Source: a virus
Reading direction: 5' to 3' (one strand)
IMG/VR virus record: IMGVR_UViG_3300022747_000006
Location: 1 to 49,661 of that record
Length of the DNA: 49,661 bases
Notes under the pieces: model-generated
Seen by the model: the letters and a program-made list of their open reading frames with translations, nothing else
Databases searched by the model: none
What the model was told of the DNA's origin: nothing
Shown here: one piece after another, positions 25,274-33,744 of the stretch
Layout: every line of letters starts with the position of its first letter
How positions within the stretch are numbered: the first letter of the stretch is position 1
Position numbers and translations under genes: made by a program

Positions 25274-25731
25274 CCTGTTGTTTTGGTGATGGCTGCACGG
25301 GCTTTTTGAATTGCGGCCCATTCGCCGTCATTCACATCACCGTTGTCGAACTCCGCTGACATTGCCTTCAGAGCATCCAGCAGCTCATTGCGATCGGCCA
25401 TCAGTGCGTTGAAGTGCGCAATGCAATCGATGTTGGCTAAACGCAGTCGCTCAAAGTCTCCAGCCTTATACGAATATTGTGATGGGATTCCTTTTTCGAG
25501 GCGATGCATCAGATTCACTGGGCCATATCCATCATCATCGCAATGAGCATTCCAATGACTGTCGATTTCCTCGGCAGCTGCAATCATCACAGAGCGTAGG
25601 TTTTCGTTTTCTTCATGCAATCGGCGGAGTTCTGCTGCGGATTTCAATAGAGTTTCTTTATCGCAATATTCATGGTTCAATTGCAAATCGTCAGCTAGTT
25701 TCAGCGCTTCTGGTTGTTGTGTGTCAGTCAT
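25270..25731 (-). CDS. Hypothetical protein
   Basis: The track ORF is 25270..25776. The ATG at 25731 (MTDTQQPEAL...) overlaps the stop of the small Cys-rich ORF. Confidence 0.45.
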   Translation of the reverse strand: MTDTQQPEALKLADDLQLNHEYCDKETLLKSAAELRRLHEENENLRSVMIAAAEEIDSHWNAHCDDDGYGPVNLMHRLEKGIPSQYSYKAGDFERLRLANIDCIAHFNALMADRNELLDALKAMSAEFDNGDVNDGEWAAIQKARAAITKTTG

Positions 25732-25903
25732 ACTCCTCTTCTCCTTCGTCATGCTCATCTGGTGCATAGCCATCAACGGTGTCTACATCATCCGATATGG
25801 TGGCCAAGCATTTGTTACACATATCTACATATGTGCCACTCTCTTTGAACTTACGAGTGGATTCTTGTGGAGACAAGATTGTATTGCAGCAAGAACAACG
25901 CAT
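25724..25903 (-). CDS. Small Cys-rich (zinc-ribbon-like) protein (59 aa, below the ORF-track cutoff)
   Basis: Peptide MRCSCCNTILSPQESTRKFKESGTYVDMCNKCLATISDDVDTVDGYAPDEHDEGEEEYD, with CxCC...CxxC and an acidic tail. It fills the gap between 25776 and 25913. Confidence 0.4.
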   Translation of the reverse strand: MRCSCCNTILSPQESTRKFKESGTYVDMCNKCLATISDDVDTVDGYAPDEHDEGEEEYD

Positions 25904-25912
25904 GATGTTTCC

Positions 25913-26587
25913 TTATTTCAAAGCAGCAGCCCAACGACTGCATCCGTTATTGTGAATGATACTGTTGTAAAACTCCGTTTTACTCTTGGAATTAAATCCA
26001 TTAATATCATAGTACCAGCATCCTGTTGCTTTCTCTGGAACTTTAAATCCCTGAGCTTTCACAAGAGCCTTGGCATCTGCACTGAACGACGTTTCAATGG
26101 TACACAGAGGAGACTCATCACTAAAAATACTGTCCCAATCTGTAAACTCATACTTGTAGTTTGCTACACGAATGAGCATAGAGACAGCAGAGATTTGGTA
26201 AGTGGATTCCCACAAAGCATTGGGGATATGCAACACTACCTGTTTACTTCCTTGTGTGTAAACAGACAATTTAGTGTTACAGTCTTCCAACAGTCGTTTA
26301 TTTAGTACAGCAATGTTCTTCTTAAAACGAGTGATCTGGTCAATGTTGGTTAGATGAAAATACAAACCGGCCTTATTGAACTTCACATCATTCTGGAATG
26401 AATAGATTCCAAACTTATACTGTGCCTGCTTCCATGCAACAACATCATTAAAGAAGTCCCTACACTTAATCAATCCTGATTGAGATGTGAGGGTTTTCTT
26501 GTCACGATGCATAATGCGCCACCGCAGGGGATTTACCTGAGCAACTTCACCATACTTGGTATTGTGTGTAATGTCAAGTTTAAACAT
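25913..26587 (-). CDS. Hypothetical protein, last gene of the amidoligase cluster
   Basis: 224-aa ORF. The ATG overlaps the ATP-grasp stop (ATGTTTAA). I recognise no family. Confidence 0.5.
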   Translation of the reverse strand: MFKLDITHNTKYGEVAQVNPLRWRIMHRDKKTLTSQSGLIKCRDFFNDVVAWKQAQYKFGIYSFQNDVKFNKAGLYFHLTNIDQITRFKKNIAVLNKRLLEDCNTKLSVYTQGSKQVVLHIPNALWESTYQISAVSMLIRVANYKYEFTDWDSIFSDESPLCTIETSFSADAKALVKAQGFKVPEKATGCWYYDINGFNSKSKTEFYNSIIHNNGCSRWAAALK

Positions 26588-27293
26588 ATTTCACCATCTC
26601 GTCAAGATATTTTTCCACATTAGTGCCTTGAATGCCGGGAGCACTGTTCACTTCAATTACAAACAGCTCGTTTTTCTTTTCGTTGTAGCCAATGTCAACT
26701 CCTCGGAAGTCACTGTAGGACACTTTTGCTGCTCGGAGAGCCAGCTCTTGTAGGCCATTTGGAATGTCATCGACTTGTTGGACAAACACGTAGCCATTTG
26801 CAAGGTTGCGGATTTTGGTGTCTCGCTCCCCTTCAAATCCTTTGCGTCTTTTCTTTTCTGTGACATTCACCACCTCATCTTTGAACACATGGACACGGAA
26901 CTCACGTTTCTTCTTCTTGTACTTAGTGTAAACAGGACAGATAGGAATTTGATCATCTGTTTCTGGTTCGATTACTACAATCCCTTTACCACAAGAAGAA
27001 TTGAGATATTTTCGACCAAACACAGTTGAGTTTTCATTCAACCAGTCTACGACATCATTTGGATTTGCTGTAAATTCCAGTGCGGGGATGTCATTTGCCT
27101 TATACCACTGATACTGAGTAAGTTTGTCAACACTTTGACCATACTTAAACTGCTTACGGATGAGGGATGGCTTGGTTGTGCGGAAAATCTTACCACGTTT
27201 GAGACGAGTTGATAGACCTTGAGCAATTAGCTTCAGACTGGCACTCTTCAATGTGGAATTAGTGCAGAGTAACGAGGGCTTTTTCTTGTTCAT
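26580..27293 (-). CDS. ATP-grasp family ligase
   Basis: About 237 aa with VFGRKYLNSSCGKGIVVI, REFRVHVF, IRNLANGY and a C-terminal ELFVIEVNSAPG (E.N metal-binding end of ATP-grasp folds). The ATG at 27293 with an AGGA RBS is preferred over the track start at 27323. Confidence 0.65.
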   Translation of the reverse strand: MNKKKPSLLCTNSTLKSASLKLIAQGLSTRLKRGKIFRTTKPSLIRKQFKYGQSVDKLTQYQWYKANDIPALEFTANPNDVVDWLNENSTVFGRKYLNSSCGKGIVVIEPETDDQIPICPVYTKYKKKKREFRVHVFKDEVVNVTEKKRRKGFEGERDTKIRNLANGYVFVQQVDDIPNGLQELALRAAKVSYSDFRGVDIGYNEKKNELFVIEVNSAPGIQGTNVEKYLDEMVKYV

Positions 27294-28479
27294 CAAGTTT
27301 ATCCTGAATGTATTTAGAACCAATGACTGTATGTTTGGATGGTTTGAATGCTATTGGAAGGGGTGCTGAATTCTCCAAAACAAGTGTTGCACGACGAGCC
27401 TTGGTGTCATAGAGAACATCTACAACACGACCAGACCACAGAGTACCATCTAACTTAGAGCTAGTAAGATTCAAAGGCTTGAGGTCAACGGTAGAAACTA
27501 CCATATGATCTTCTTTAAGTTTGTCTGATGAACCCATCAAACGAAACTCTGTTTCACCTTGTTCCTCAAGAGCCGGAAAATTCGCCTCAATATAGTCTTC
27601 CACCCACCACTCGATTTTTGTACCGATGTGTTTGCGGCGAAATCGCTTATACGCATTCTTAGACAGGCCCTCCTTATTAGAAGTTTGCACAATCTTCGTA
27701 AATGTTTTGACCGTATTGACCCCAGTAGCCGCCTTGGTATACTGGGGAATAGGCTTTTTTGGCTCAATTTTCTCCTCTTTCAATTCGTTCTTGTCAAGAT
27801 CAAATGAAAGCAGGGTAAACTCAGGCACAACCTTAATTTCAAACTTCTTAGGATCATACCCATTGCGTAACAAAATCCAGAAAAGCATTGGAGCCTCACT
27901 GGCATAATACCAACCATTGTCGGTTGATACATAAGCCAATGGCCGCTCCTTGTTGCGGAACAACCGCACTGTGTTGGTACGTTGGTCGTACATGGAAACA
28001 GCATATGCACCACTCACTTTGCCCAGAGTTTCAGCAAACTTCTCAGCATAGTCTTCCTCAGCAAATGCCTCATAGAACACATGGGCCAAGGCCTCGCTGT
28101 CAACCTCTGTGTCTTTCAATGATTTATGATTGTACAATGTACCGTTATGTACCATTGCAAACTCATCATTGATGACAAAGGGGTGAGCAGACTGGTCTTC
28201 AATCTTGCCAACAGTTTTCTTGCGATTGTGCCCAACAAGAGCTTTACCACGAGCAAACATCGCTCGTTCCATGTCACTGCCCTTATATGTTTGAGCAAAC
28301 CATGCTGCCTCAGTGGCCTCCTTCATGATATGGAAAGACGAATCTTTCTCAACACCAATAATACCTGTGGAGTCATCACCACGTAGGGCATTCACATACA
28401 ATAGTTGATTGAACATATCCTCATGCTGTTTCAACAGGCCAGAAGTATACTTAGAAATTACACCAACAATACCACACAT
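27259..28479 (-). CDS. Class II (Ntn) glutamine amidotransferase with an uncharacterised C-terminal domain
   Basis: 406 aa. The N-terminal MCGIVGVI (Cys2 nucleophile), RGDDSTGI, HNRKKTVG and MVHNGTLYN are typical of the GATase_2/6 fold. The last ~170 aa match no family I recognise. Confidence 0.75.
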   Translation of the reverse strand: MCGIVGVISKYTSGLLKQHEDMFNQLLYVNALRGDDSTGIIGVEKDSSFHIMKEATEAAWFAQTYKGSDMERAMFARGKALVGHNRKKTVGKIEDQSAHPFVINDEFAMVHNGTLYNHKSLKDTEVDSEALAHVFYEAFAEEDYAEKFAETLGKVSGAYAVSMYDQRTNTVRLFRNKERPLAYVSTDNGWYYASEAPMLFWILLRNGYDPKKFEIKVVPEFTLLSFDLDKNELKEEKIEPKKPIPQYTKAATGVNTVKTFTKIVQTSNKEGLSKNAYKRFRRKHIGTKIEWWVEDYIEANFPALEEQGETEFRLMGSSDKLKEDHMVVSTVDLKPLNLTSSKLDGTLWSGRVVDVLYDTKARRATLVLENSAPLPIAFKPSKHTVIGSKYIQDKLDEQEKALVTLH

Positions 28480-28488
28480 AATGAGTCC

Positions 28489-29259
28489 TTAGATCAAAGA
28501 AAGTTTAACGTCCAACAAACCATTTTGAATGATCTGAGGAAGTGCTGGCTCAAGAGCACGACAACGCGCACTATGTCCAAACACCTTATGGAACCAGCGC
28601 TTGTGGGAATTAGTATCTGCAATCTCAACTGGTGTGATTACAGAATCCTTACTGAGTTGCCACAAACTTTCCAAGGCAGTAAGCCACTCTTGCAGCAAAG
28701 AAGCATCGTCTGTGCCTTGCAAATGACGGAACTCCATTGTACCATACTTAGCCAAAGGAAGCATATTCAATGCAGTGTACTTATGCCAGCGAGGAATCAG
28801 GGAAGGCAACTGGAATCGGTAAATCATTGGCAAGAATGTCTCAGACAATGGAACACAATGAATGTTATTACGACGGTCTTTGTTCACCATAGAGAAGAAC
28901 ACTTCCTCGAAGATGGCATACAAATACAGCATGTTCTTGACTTGCTGTTCATTGAAGCTACGACAATTCACATGCACATGGGTTGATGTTCGAGAAGAAA
29001 AGGCATCTTCACGATTATGGAACACAATACTTGCCTGAAGATCTTTGAATTGATCTAGCAAATGAGGAACCTGCATTGGAACAGAGACAAACTCACAACC
29101 ATCATTACGCAAACTACCGTCTTCAATTGCGTTGAAGTAGGGAGACTTGGGACGCTTCGCTACAGATTCAATCTCACACTCAATCCCTGCAAACATTGGA
29201 ATAGCTTCTTCATTCAGCTTACTTTGCTCCAAGCCAAACAATTCAAATACTTTTGTCAT
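28489..29259 (-). CDS. Amidoligase_2-type (glutamine synthetase-like) carboxylate-amine ligase
   Basis: 256 aa with FAGIECEIES, EDGSLRNDGCEFVSVPM and RTSTHVHVN, the characteristic motif triad of that family. Confidence 0.7.
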   Translation of the reverse strand: MTKVFELFGLEQSKLNEEAIPMFAGIECEIESVAKRPKSPYFNAIEDGSLRNDGCEFVSVPMQVPHLLDQFKDLQASIVFHNREDAFSSRTSTHVHVNCRSFNEQQVKNMLYLYAIFEEVFFSMVNKDRRNNIHCVPLSETFLPMIYRFQLPSLIPRWHKYTALNMLPLAKYGTMEFRHLQGTDDASLLQEWLTALESLWQLSKDSVITPVEIADTNSHKRWFHKVFGHSARCRALEPALPQIIQNGLLDVKLSLI

Positions 29260-29858
29260 TGTGCCACCTTAAAATGAGAACCATTAGCAATCTCTGTCAA
29301 CTCTGGTACAAAGATTGGAGAACGGAGACGGATGAGTTTTGATGTGGTATCGACTTCACCAATAGGAACCATGTCCACATACAAACCTTTGCTACGTGGA
29401 ACATAGGCAATACGTGAAGTCAGCACAGTGGAGGTCATACGTCCTTTGTTAGCAATAGCTTCGTCCAATGACGGAAACTTCTGCTTAGAAACATAGGCTT
29501 TCAGTGTATCAAATCCCAGTTGCATGGCCTCTGTAGTACCATCACTTCGCAGAGAATACAACCGTGTATTTGAATCACTCAGACCACGTTGATATTGCTT
29601 GGCAGGATGACGAGACAAAGCGACAGCACGTTTACCAAGTTGGAAAAAGCTTTTGTGTGGAAGAAGGAAGTCAACCTCATAGGGATGTTCATCACTCAAG
29701 CACAGTTCAAAATCCACATGGTCTTCGTCGACACCACACACAGCATCGGGAGAAACATAACGAATGAAGAAAAGTTTCTCACCCATTTCAGAGAACTTGA
29801 CATAGGTATTCTTGTAATACCGATTAATGTCTTCCCAGTTTGATGACATAAAAATCAT
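29256..29858 (-). CDS. Hypothetical protein within the amidoligase cluster
   Basis: 200-aa ORF with ATGA overlap to the upstream gene. No recognisable family. Confidence 0.5.
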   Translation of the reverse strand: MIFMSSNWEDINRYYKNTYVKFSEMGEKLFFIRYVSPDAVCGVDEDHVDFELCLSDEHPYEVDFLLPHKSFFQLGKRAVALSRHPAKQYQRGLSDSNTRLYSLRSDGTTEAMQLGFDTLKAYVSKQKFPSLDEAIANKGRMTSTVLTSRIAYVPRSKGLYVDMVPIGEVDTTSKLIRLRSPIFVPELTEIANGSHFKVAQ

Positions 29859-30604
29859 ACTACCTCCAGATTGTATTGCTTGACCAAATCCATAGCAACT
29901 TGTTTGTTGTTATTGTTGATGGCATCCAAGATACGCTCTTGTTCTGCAACAACATCCACATTGCTTTGAACAGCACGTTCTGTGTTGCGCCATGCCCAAC
30001 GAATAAGTTTCTCGTCAAAGATCCAAAAGTTTGAAAGAGTTCGATATTCCACCCCATAAGACTTAGCACGGAAAGCACCAGCTTTACCGTACAATTGTTT
30101 ACGCAAAACACCATCGTCCATCAGGACAGAAGGCACACCGAGGAACAAGTCCATATTGCGAATCACTTCCAATGGGTCACGTTTAGTTTCCACATGGATA
30201 TGACCACCTGCACTACGCATAAGGGGATGCGGAGGGTTGGGTTTCTTGTTCACATCTTTAGTCCATGCATCGAAGTCAGGCTCACATCCAAAGATGTAAG
30301 CGGCTGGATGCTGCATTTGCTCCTCAGGAAACACAATGCAGGACAGCTTGGAAAATGATAGACCGTCCACATATTCCAGACTCTTCTTCATCACAGCCTG
30401 AATGTGCTGCACAAATTCATCTGCTGATGCTGCCGGTGGAATACCATACTCAAGAGAAACATTGTCCTCCTGCAATGTATAGCCATCAGGCATGTCAGGA
30501 ATTTGCAAAGGATTCCATTTATCCGCATTGATGTAGCCAATGGCAGACACGGGATTGCCTGCATGGTCTTGCAGGAACACTTCTGGATCAGAACCGAGAC
30601 GCAT
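29855..30604 (-). CDS. phiEco32-like COOH-NH2 ligase (type 2 amidoligase)
   Basis: 249 aa. The N-terminal MRLGSDPEVFL, EDNVSLEYGIPPA, FGCEPDFDAW, GGHIHVE and GVEYRTLSNFW resemble that phage-restricted ligase family. Confidence 0.6.
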   Translation of the reverse strand: MRLGSDPEVFLQDHAGNPVSAIGYINADKWNPLQIPDMPDGYTLQEDNVSLEYGIPPAASADEFVQHIQAVMKKSLEYVDGLSFSKLSCIVFPEEQMQHPAAYIFGCEPDFDAWTKDVNKKPNPPHPLMRSAGGHIHVETKRDPLEVIRNMDLFLGVPSVLMDDGVLRKQLYGKAGAFRAKSYGVEYRTLSNFWIFDEKLIRWAWRNTERAVQSNVDVVAEQERILDAINNNNKQVAMDLVKQYNLEVV

Positions 30605-30606
30605 GG

Positions 30607-31020
30607 TTATACCTCGAAATTAATGGTTTTAACAGTGATTACTTTGGAAACAGAGATGGCTTTCATCACAACAAAGCCACAATCCGGTACTTGTTTGGCA
30701 AGACGTTCTGCTTCTTTGGTGGCTTCTGCAAGAGTGTAGTGCGGAACAGGAGTATTGGAGCCTACAAAACATCCCGCAGGAGTCTGCTTAATGACAATGT
30801 ATGTCCCATCCTTTTTAGGTTTTGCATCACCATTAAGAATTGTTTTGTTTTCGTCGTTCACTTTTTCCACCTTTTTTAAAACAAAGCCACCAAAACACAG
30901 TCCAATGTATTTTGCACCATTGTTTTGCTTACATCCTTGTTTGAAATCACACTGATTACAAGCAGCATTATATCCAGTATACTTGACTTTCCGATAGTCA
31001 ACTCCTTCAATCATGCCCAC
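30607..31020 (-). CDS. Hypothetical protein within the amidoligase cluster
   Basis: 137-aa ORF overlapping the upstream gene end by 10 nt. No recognisable family. Confidence 0.5.
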   Translation of the reverse strand: MGMIEGVDYRKVKYTGYNAACNQCDFKQGCKQNNGAKYIGLCFGGFVLKKVEKVNDENKTILNGDAKPKKDGTYIVIKQTPAGCFVGSNTPVPHYTLAEATKEAERLAKQVPDCGFVVMKAISVSKVITVKTINFEV

Positions 31021-31688
31021 TCCTCAGCAAAAAGATATTCTGCAATTGCTTCATTACAGAATGAAACAAAGCGACTATTGGGTGTTGACCATTCTGGATG
31101 GCCCTGAATAGCCAATGCCTTAATGTCTGGAAAGAAAACAATCTCAGGTTCTTTGAATGTTTTGTTGGCCACAGCCTCACGCAAATGAGCAGGAGTTTCT
31201 GCTTCCTGTCCATAATACACACGACTCAGAGGTTCATCACTCCACGCCAACAATTCATGATTGGTGCCATGAACATCCAGCATTTGGTGATGTGAGGATG
31301 TCACAGTGAACAACTCACCATGAGAAGTCATAACATCATGGTCTCCCATTGTATGACCAGCAACATGCTGCAACAGCTTACCGCCAGCAAAAGCGCACAG
31401 AAACTGTGCACCACGACACACACCAATCATTGGGATGCCGTGTGCCTTGCAGTATTTCATTGCACGCCATTCCCACAAGTCACGGTCAGAAGGCATGGTA
31501 GGAGCACCACTGAAACGATTGTGTGTTTGTCCATAGAAGGATGGATGAATGTCAGTTCCACCCCACAAGACAAGCGCGTCAATCTTTGATAGACCGTCTA
31601 GTCCGCAATTGGTTTTCTCGTCGAACACCATGTCAAAGGGGAAGATGTTCTGTCCATTGCCCCATGGTGAAAAGCCTAGTGTTTTCAT
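31011..31688 (-). CDS. Class I glutamine amidotransferase-like / peptidase C26 (gamma-glutamyl hydrolase-like)
   Basis: 225 aa with ALVLWGGTDIHPSFYG, the nucleophile elbow IGVCRGAQFL and the His motif AIQGHPEW. Confidence 0.8.
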   Translation of the reverse strand: MKTLGFSPWGNGQNIFPFDMVFDEKTNCGLDGLSKIDALVLWGGTDIHPSFYGQTHNRFSGAPTMPSDRDLWEWRAMKYCKAHGIPMIGVCRGAQFLCAFAGGKLLQHVAGHTMGDHDVMTSHGELFTVTSSHHQMLDVHGTNHELLAWSDEPLSRVYYGQEAETPAHLREAVANKTFKEPEIVFFPDIKALAIQGHPEWSTPNSRFVSFCNEAIAEYLFAEEWA

Positions 31689-31840
31689 TCTCGTTCCTCC
31701 AAATATTCAATCAGTGAGTACAGGACAATTAGCAAGTCTGTTGCAAACAGATGTGTGTAGCTAATCGTGTAGCCTTGGAAGTATGCGTAAACATCTACGA
31801 AGAATCCAAGGATAAATACAATTAAGAATGTTAAGTACAT
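31685..31840 (-). CDS. Small two-TM membrane protein
   Basis: The track ORF is 31685..31900. The ATG at 31840 (MYLTFLIVFILGFFVDVYAYF...DLLIVLYSLIEYLEERE) lies directly after the upstream stop. Its TGA overlaps the next ATG (ATGA). Confidence 0.4.
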   Translation of the reverse strand: MYLTFLIVFILGFFVDVYAYFQGYTISYTHLFATDLLIVLYSLIEYLEERE

Positions 31841-31841
31841 A

Positions 31842-32264
31842 TTAGCATACCACGGCAAAGGGATCTTTCTTTGCCAAGTAGTTGGACGTACAGAACACAT
31901 GCTGTGAACGATTCTTCAATGGGGCAAATGTAACCACCATTGGATTGTCATTCTTCCACACATGGTCATATGAGAAGTCCTTATAAGACCGTGACACACC
32001 GACAACAACCACCATACCATACTCATCATAGTCTTTCTTGATGGATGGATAGGCAGTGTCGCCTGTCTGCATACCGCATTCAGTAGACAATTTCTGTACC
32101 AAAGCATTGCGACGCATATATTCTGCTGGAGTAATCTTACGCAGCTTGGCTTGCTTGATTTCCTCAGGAGAATAGATAACATCATCCGACTTATTGGCAG
32201 TCATCTGATAGGGAAGGGCTGACGTAACAATGGTACGCTTAGAAGGAAAATGCTGTTGAATCAT
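31842..32264 (-). CDS. Hypothetical protein
   Basis: 140-aa ORF in the co-directional early block. Confidence 0.5.
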   Translation of the reverse strand: MIQQHFPSKRTIVTSALPYQMTANKSDDVIYSPEEIKQAKLRKITPAEYMRRNALVQKLSTECGMQTGDTAYPSIKKDYDEYGMVVVVGVSRSYKDFSYDHVWKNDNPMVVTFAPLKNRSQHVFCTSNYLAKKDPFAVVC

Positions 32265-32629
32265 TAAAAGCCGTCCTGAATGGGGGGATGTTGTACAAAG
32301 TTTGCCAAAATATCTGGAGCACCCACAAACTTAACACCTGGTTTTTTTGGTGCCGTGTTCTTAGCTTTCTCATTCAGAACAGTTTTTTTCTTCAATGGAG
32401 CTGCCTTATGGCGAGTTTCTTGATGAAGAACTTGACCTGTTTCTGGATTAAACGCCGTAATCACCATCATGTAATAGGTGTATTCTCCAGCATCCACATA
32501 CATCTTGAACTTTGCTTCCAGTTGGGCAACCTCGTCTGGTGTAAGATTTACCCGTGAAGCAGCATGCTGTGCTTTGGAATGGTAGTCATACTTGTCAGCA
32601 CTGACATAAACAGAAATTACATTCATCAT
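32264..32629 (-). CDS. Hypothetical protein
   Basis: 121-aa ORF with a basic middle segment (PLKKKTVLNEKAKNTAPKKPG). Confidence 0.5.
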   Translation of the reverse strand: MMNVISVYVSADKYDYHSKAQHAASRVNLTPDEVAQLEAKFKMYVDAGEYTYYMMVITAFNPETGQVLHQETRHKAAPLKKKTVLNEKAKNTAPKKPGVKFVGAPDILANFVQHPPIQDGF

Positions 32630-32997
32630 TCACCTTTCGTCCATCGAAACAGATGCACATCGTTGGGGCCATGACTCTTATTGGTGAAAGAGTCCACTTT
32701 CTTAACGCCTTTGACTTTTTTAATGTCGGGCATATTCGTCAATTGAGAGTCACTCAGTAGAAAATAGGCATCCCGAATGACATAGCTTCCAGCCAACAGA
32801 TCGCCAAGCCAGTCAAAGAACTTGTCGATACCTGCATGTTTGAGATTATACGTATCAAAGTCATGTAAATTACGTACAGCACAGGAACTAAATCCCCATG
32901 TGTCTAGTTTACAGACACAACGGTCTCCATACATAACTCGACCAGTCCATATACTGGAATACTCAGGCGGATTGTCCAGCTTGACAAGCTCAAACAT
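32626..32997 (-). CDS. Hypothetical protein
   Basis: The track ORF is 32626..33075. The ATG at 32997 (MFELVKLDNPPEY...) overlaps the stop of an upstream mini-ORF and is the more plausible start. Confidence 0.45.
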   Translation of the reverse strand: MFELVKLDNPPEYSSIWTGRVMYGDRCVCKLDTWGFSSCAVRNLHDFDTYNLKHAGIDKFFDWLGDLLAGSYVIRDAYFLLSDSQLTNMPDIKKVKGVKKVDSFTNKSHGPNDVHLFRWTKGE

Positions 32998-33130
32998 AGC
33001 AGTCTTCTCCTGAAGCAATGTTGATTTTCTCGTCCACGTCAGCATGCGGTTGTTCTTCTTCGTGTGTTTCTTCAATCATTTGATTGGATTCTTCAAGAAG
33101 TTCTTTAACAAAGACAAAAATGTTAGTCAT
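32990..33130 (-). CDS. Mini-ORF (46 aa, acidic)
   Basis: Peptide MTNIFVFVKELLEESNQMIEETHEEEQPHADVDEKINIASGEDCYV. Start and stop both overlap neighbouring ORFs (ATGACTAA, ATGTTTGA). Confidence 0.25.
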   Translation of the reverse strand: MTNIFVFVKELLEESNQMIEETHEEEQPHADVDEKINIASGEDCYV

Positions 33131-33233
33131 GAGACACCTCTGTTTTCAGCAAAATGTTAGATGTGAGCACAGAATAGTGGATGTTTCCTCCATTAAATTT
33201 AGAACGCTTGACCATAACAGATACGAATTTCAT
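33123..33233 (-). CDS. Mini-ORF (36 aa)
   Basis: Peptide MKFVSVMVKRSKFNGGNIHYSVLTSNILLKTEVSHD. ATGA overlap with the 33230..33523 stop, and its own stop overlaps the next ATG. Confidence 0.2.
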   Translation of the reverse strand: MKFVSVMVKRSKFNGGNIHYSVLTSNILLKTEVSHD

Positions 33234-33523
33234 GTGTATTCCTCCAGAATTTGGGAAAGTGTATGCCAGTATTTAAAGCCTTGTGTTGAACCACTCCAAG
33301 CAAAAGCTTTTGCCAATGTCGTGGCATTAATGCTTACCGGTAAACCATCCCGGATACGCTTGGAAATGTGTTCAATCACCTCATATTGCAGTTGTTTTGT
33401 GGGCAATTTCATAATCTGTTTCATCAGATTAGACGTTCGCCACTTCAACAATATTTGGTCATTCTCAGGCAAAGGAATCACCGGATTGGCCTTCCTTGCC
33501 ACACCATTAAGAACAAGAGTCAT
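33230..33523 (-). CDS. Hypothetical protein
   Basis: 97-aa ORF with a C-terminal FAWSGSTQGFKYWHTL motif that recurs in small phage proteins. Confidence 0.5.
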   Translation of the reverse strand: MTLVLNGVARKANPVIPLPENDQILLKWRTSNLMKQIMKLPTKQLQYEVIEHISKRIRDGLPVSINATTLAKAFAWSGSTQGFKYWHTLSQILEEYT

Positions 33524-33744
33524 GCTTCCCTCGCTTTCAGCATGGCGTTTGCTTGTTTGTATGCTCCAGCAGCAATTCCATCAAACACCTGTTGATCGCT
33601 ATACCAACCAACATTCTGTGTGAATGACTCCATTGCCTTGGCCGCAAAGTAATCGCGCAGGGTCATGCCGTTAGCAGCTTCACGGCTACTGTTGATGTAA
33701 TCCCATTCGCATGGAAACGCTGGCCCGCCTGTGTTTGTAGTCAT
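33520..33744 (-). CDS. Hypothetical protein
   Basis: 74-aa ORF. The GMTLRDYFAAKAM motif is common in small phage orphans. Confidence 0.5.
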   Translation of the reverse strand: MTTNTGGPAFPCEWDYINSSREAANGMTLRDYFAAKAMESFTQNVGWYSDQQVFDGIAAGAYKQANAMLKAREA

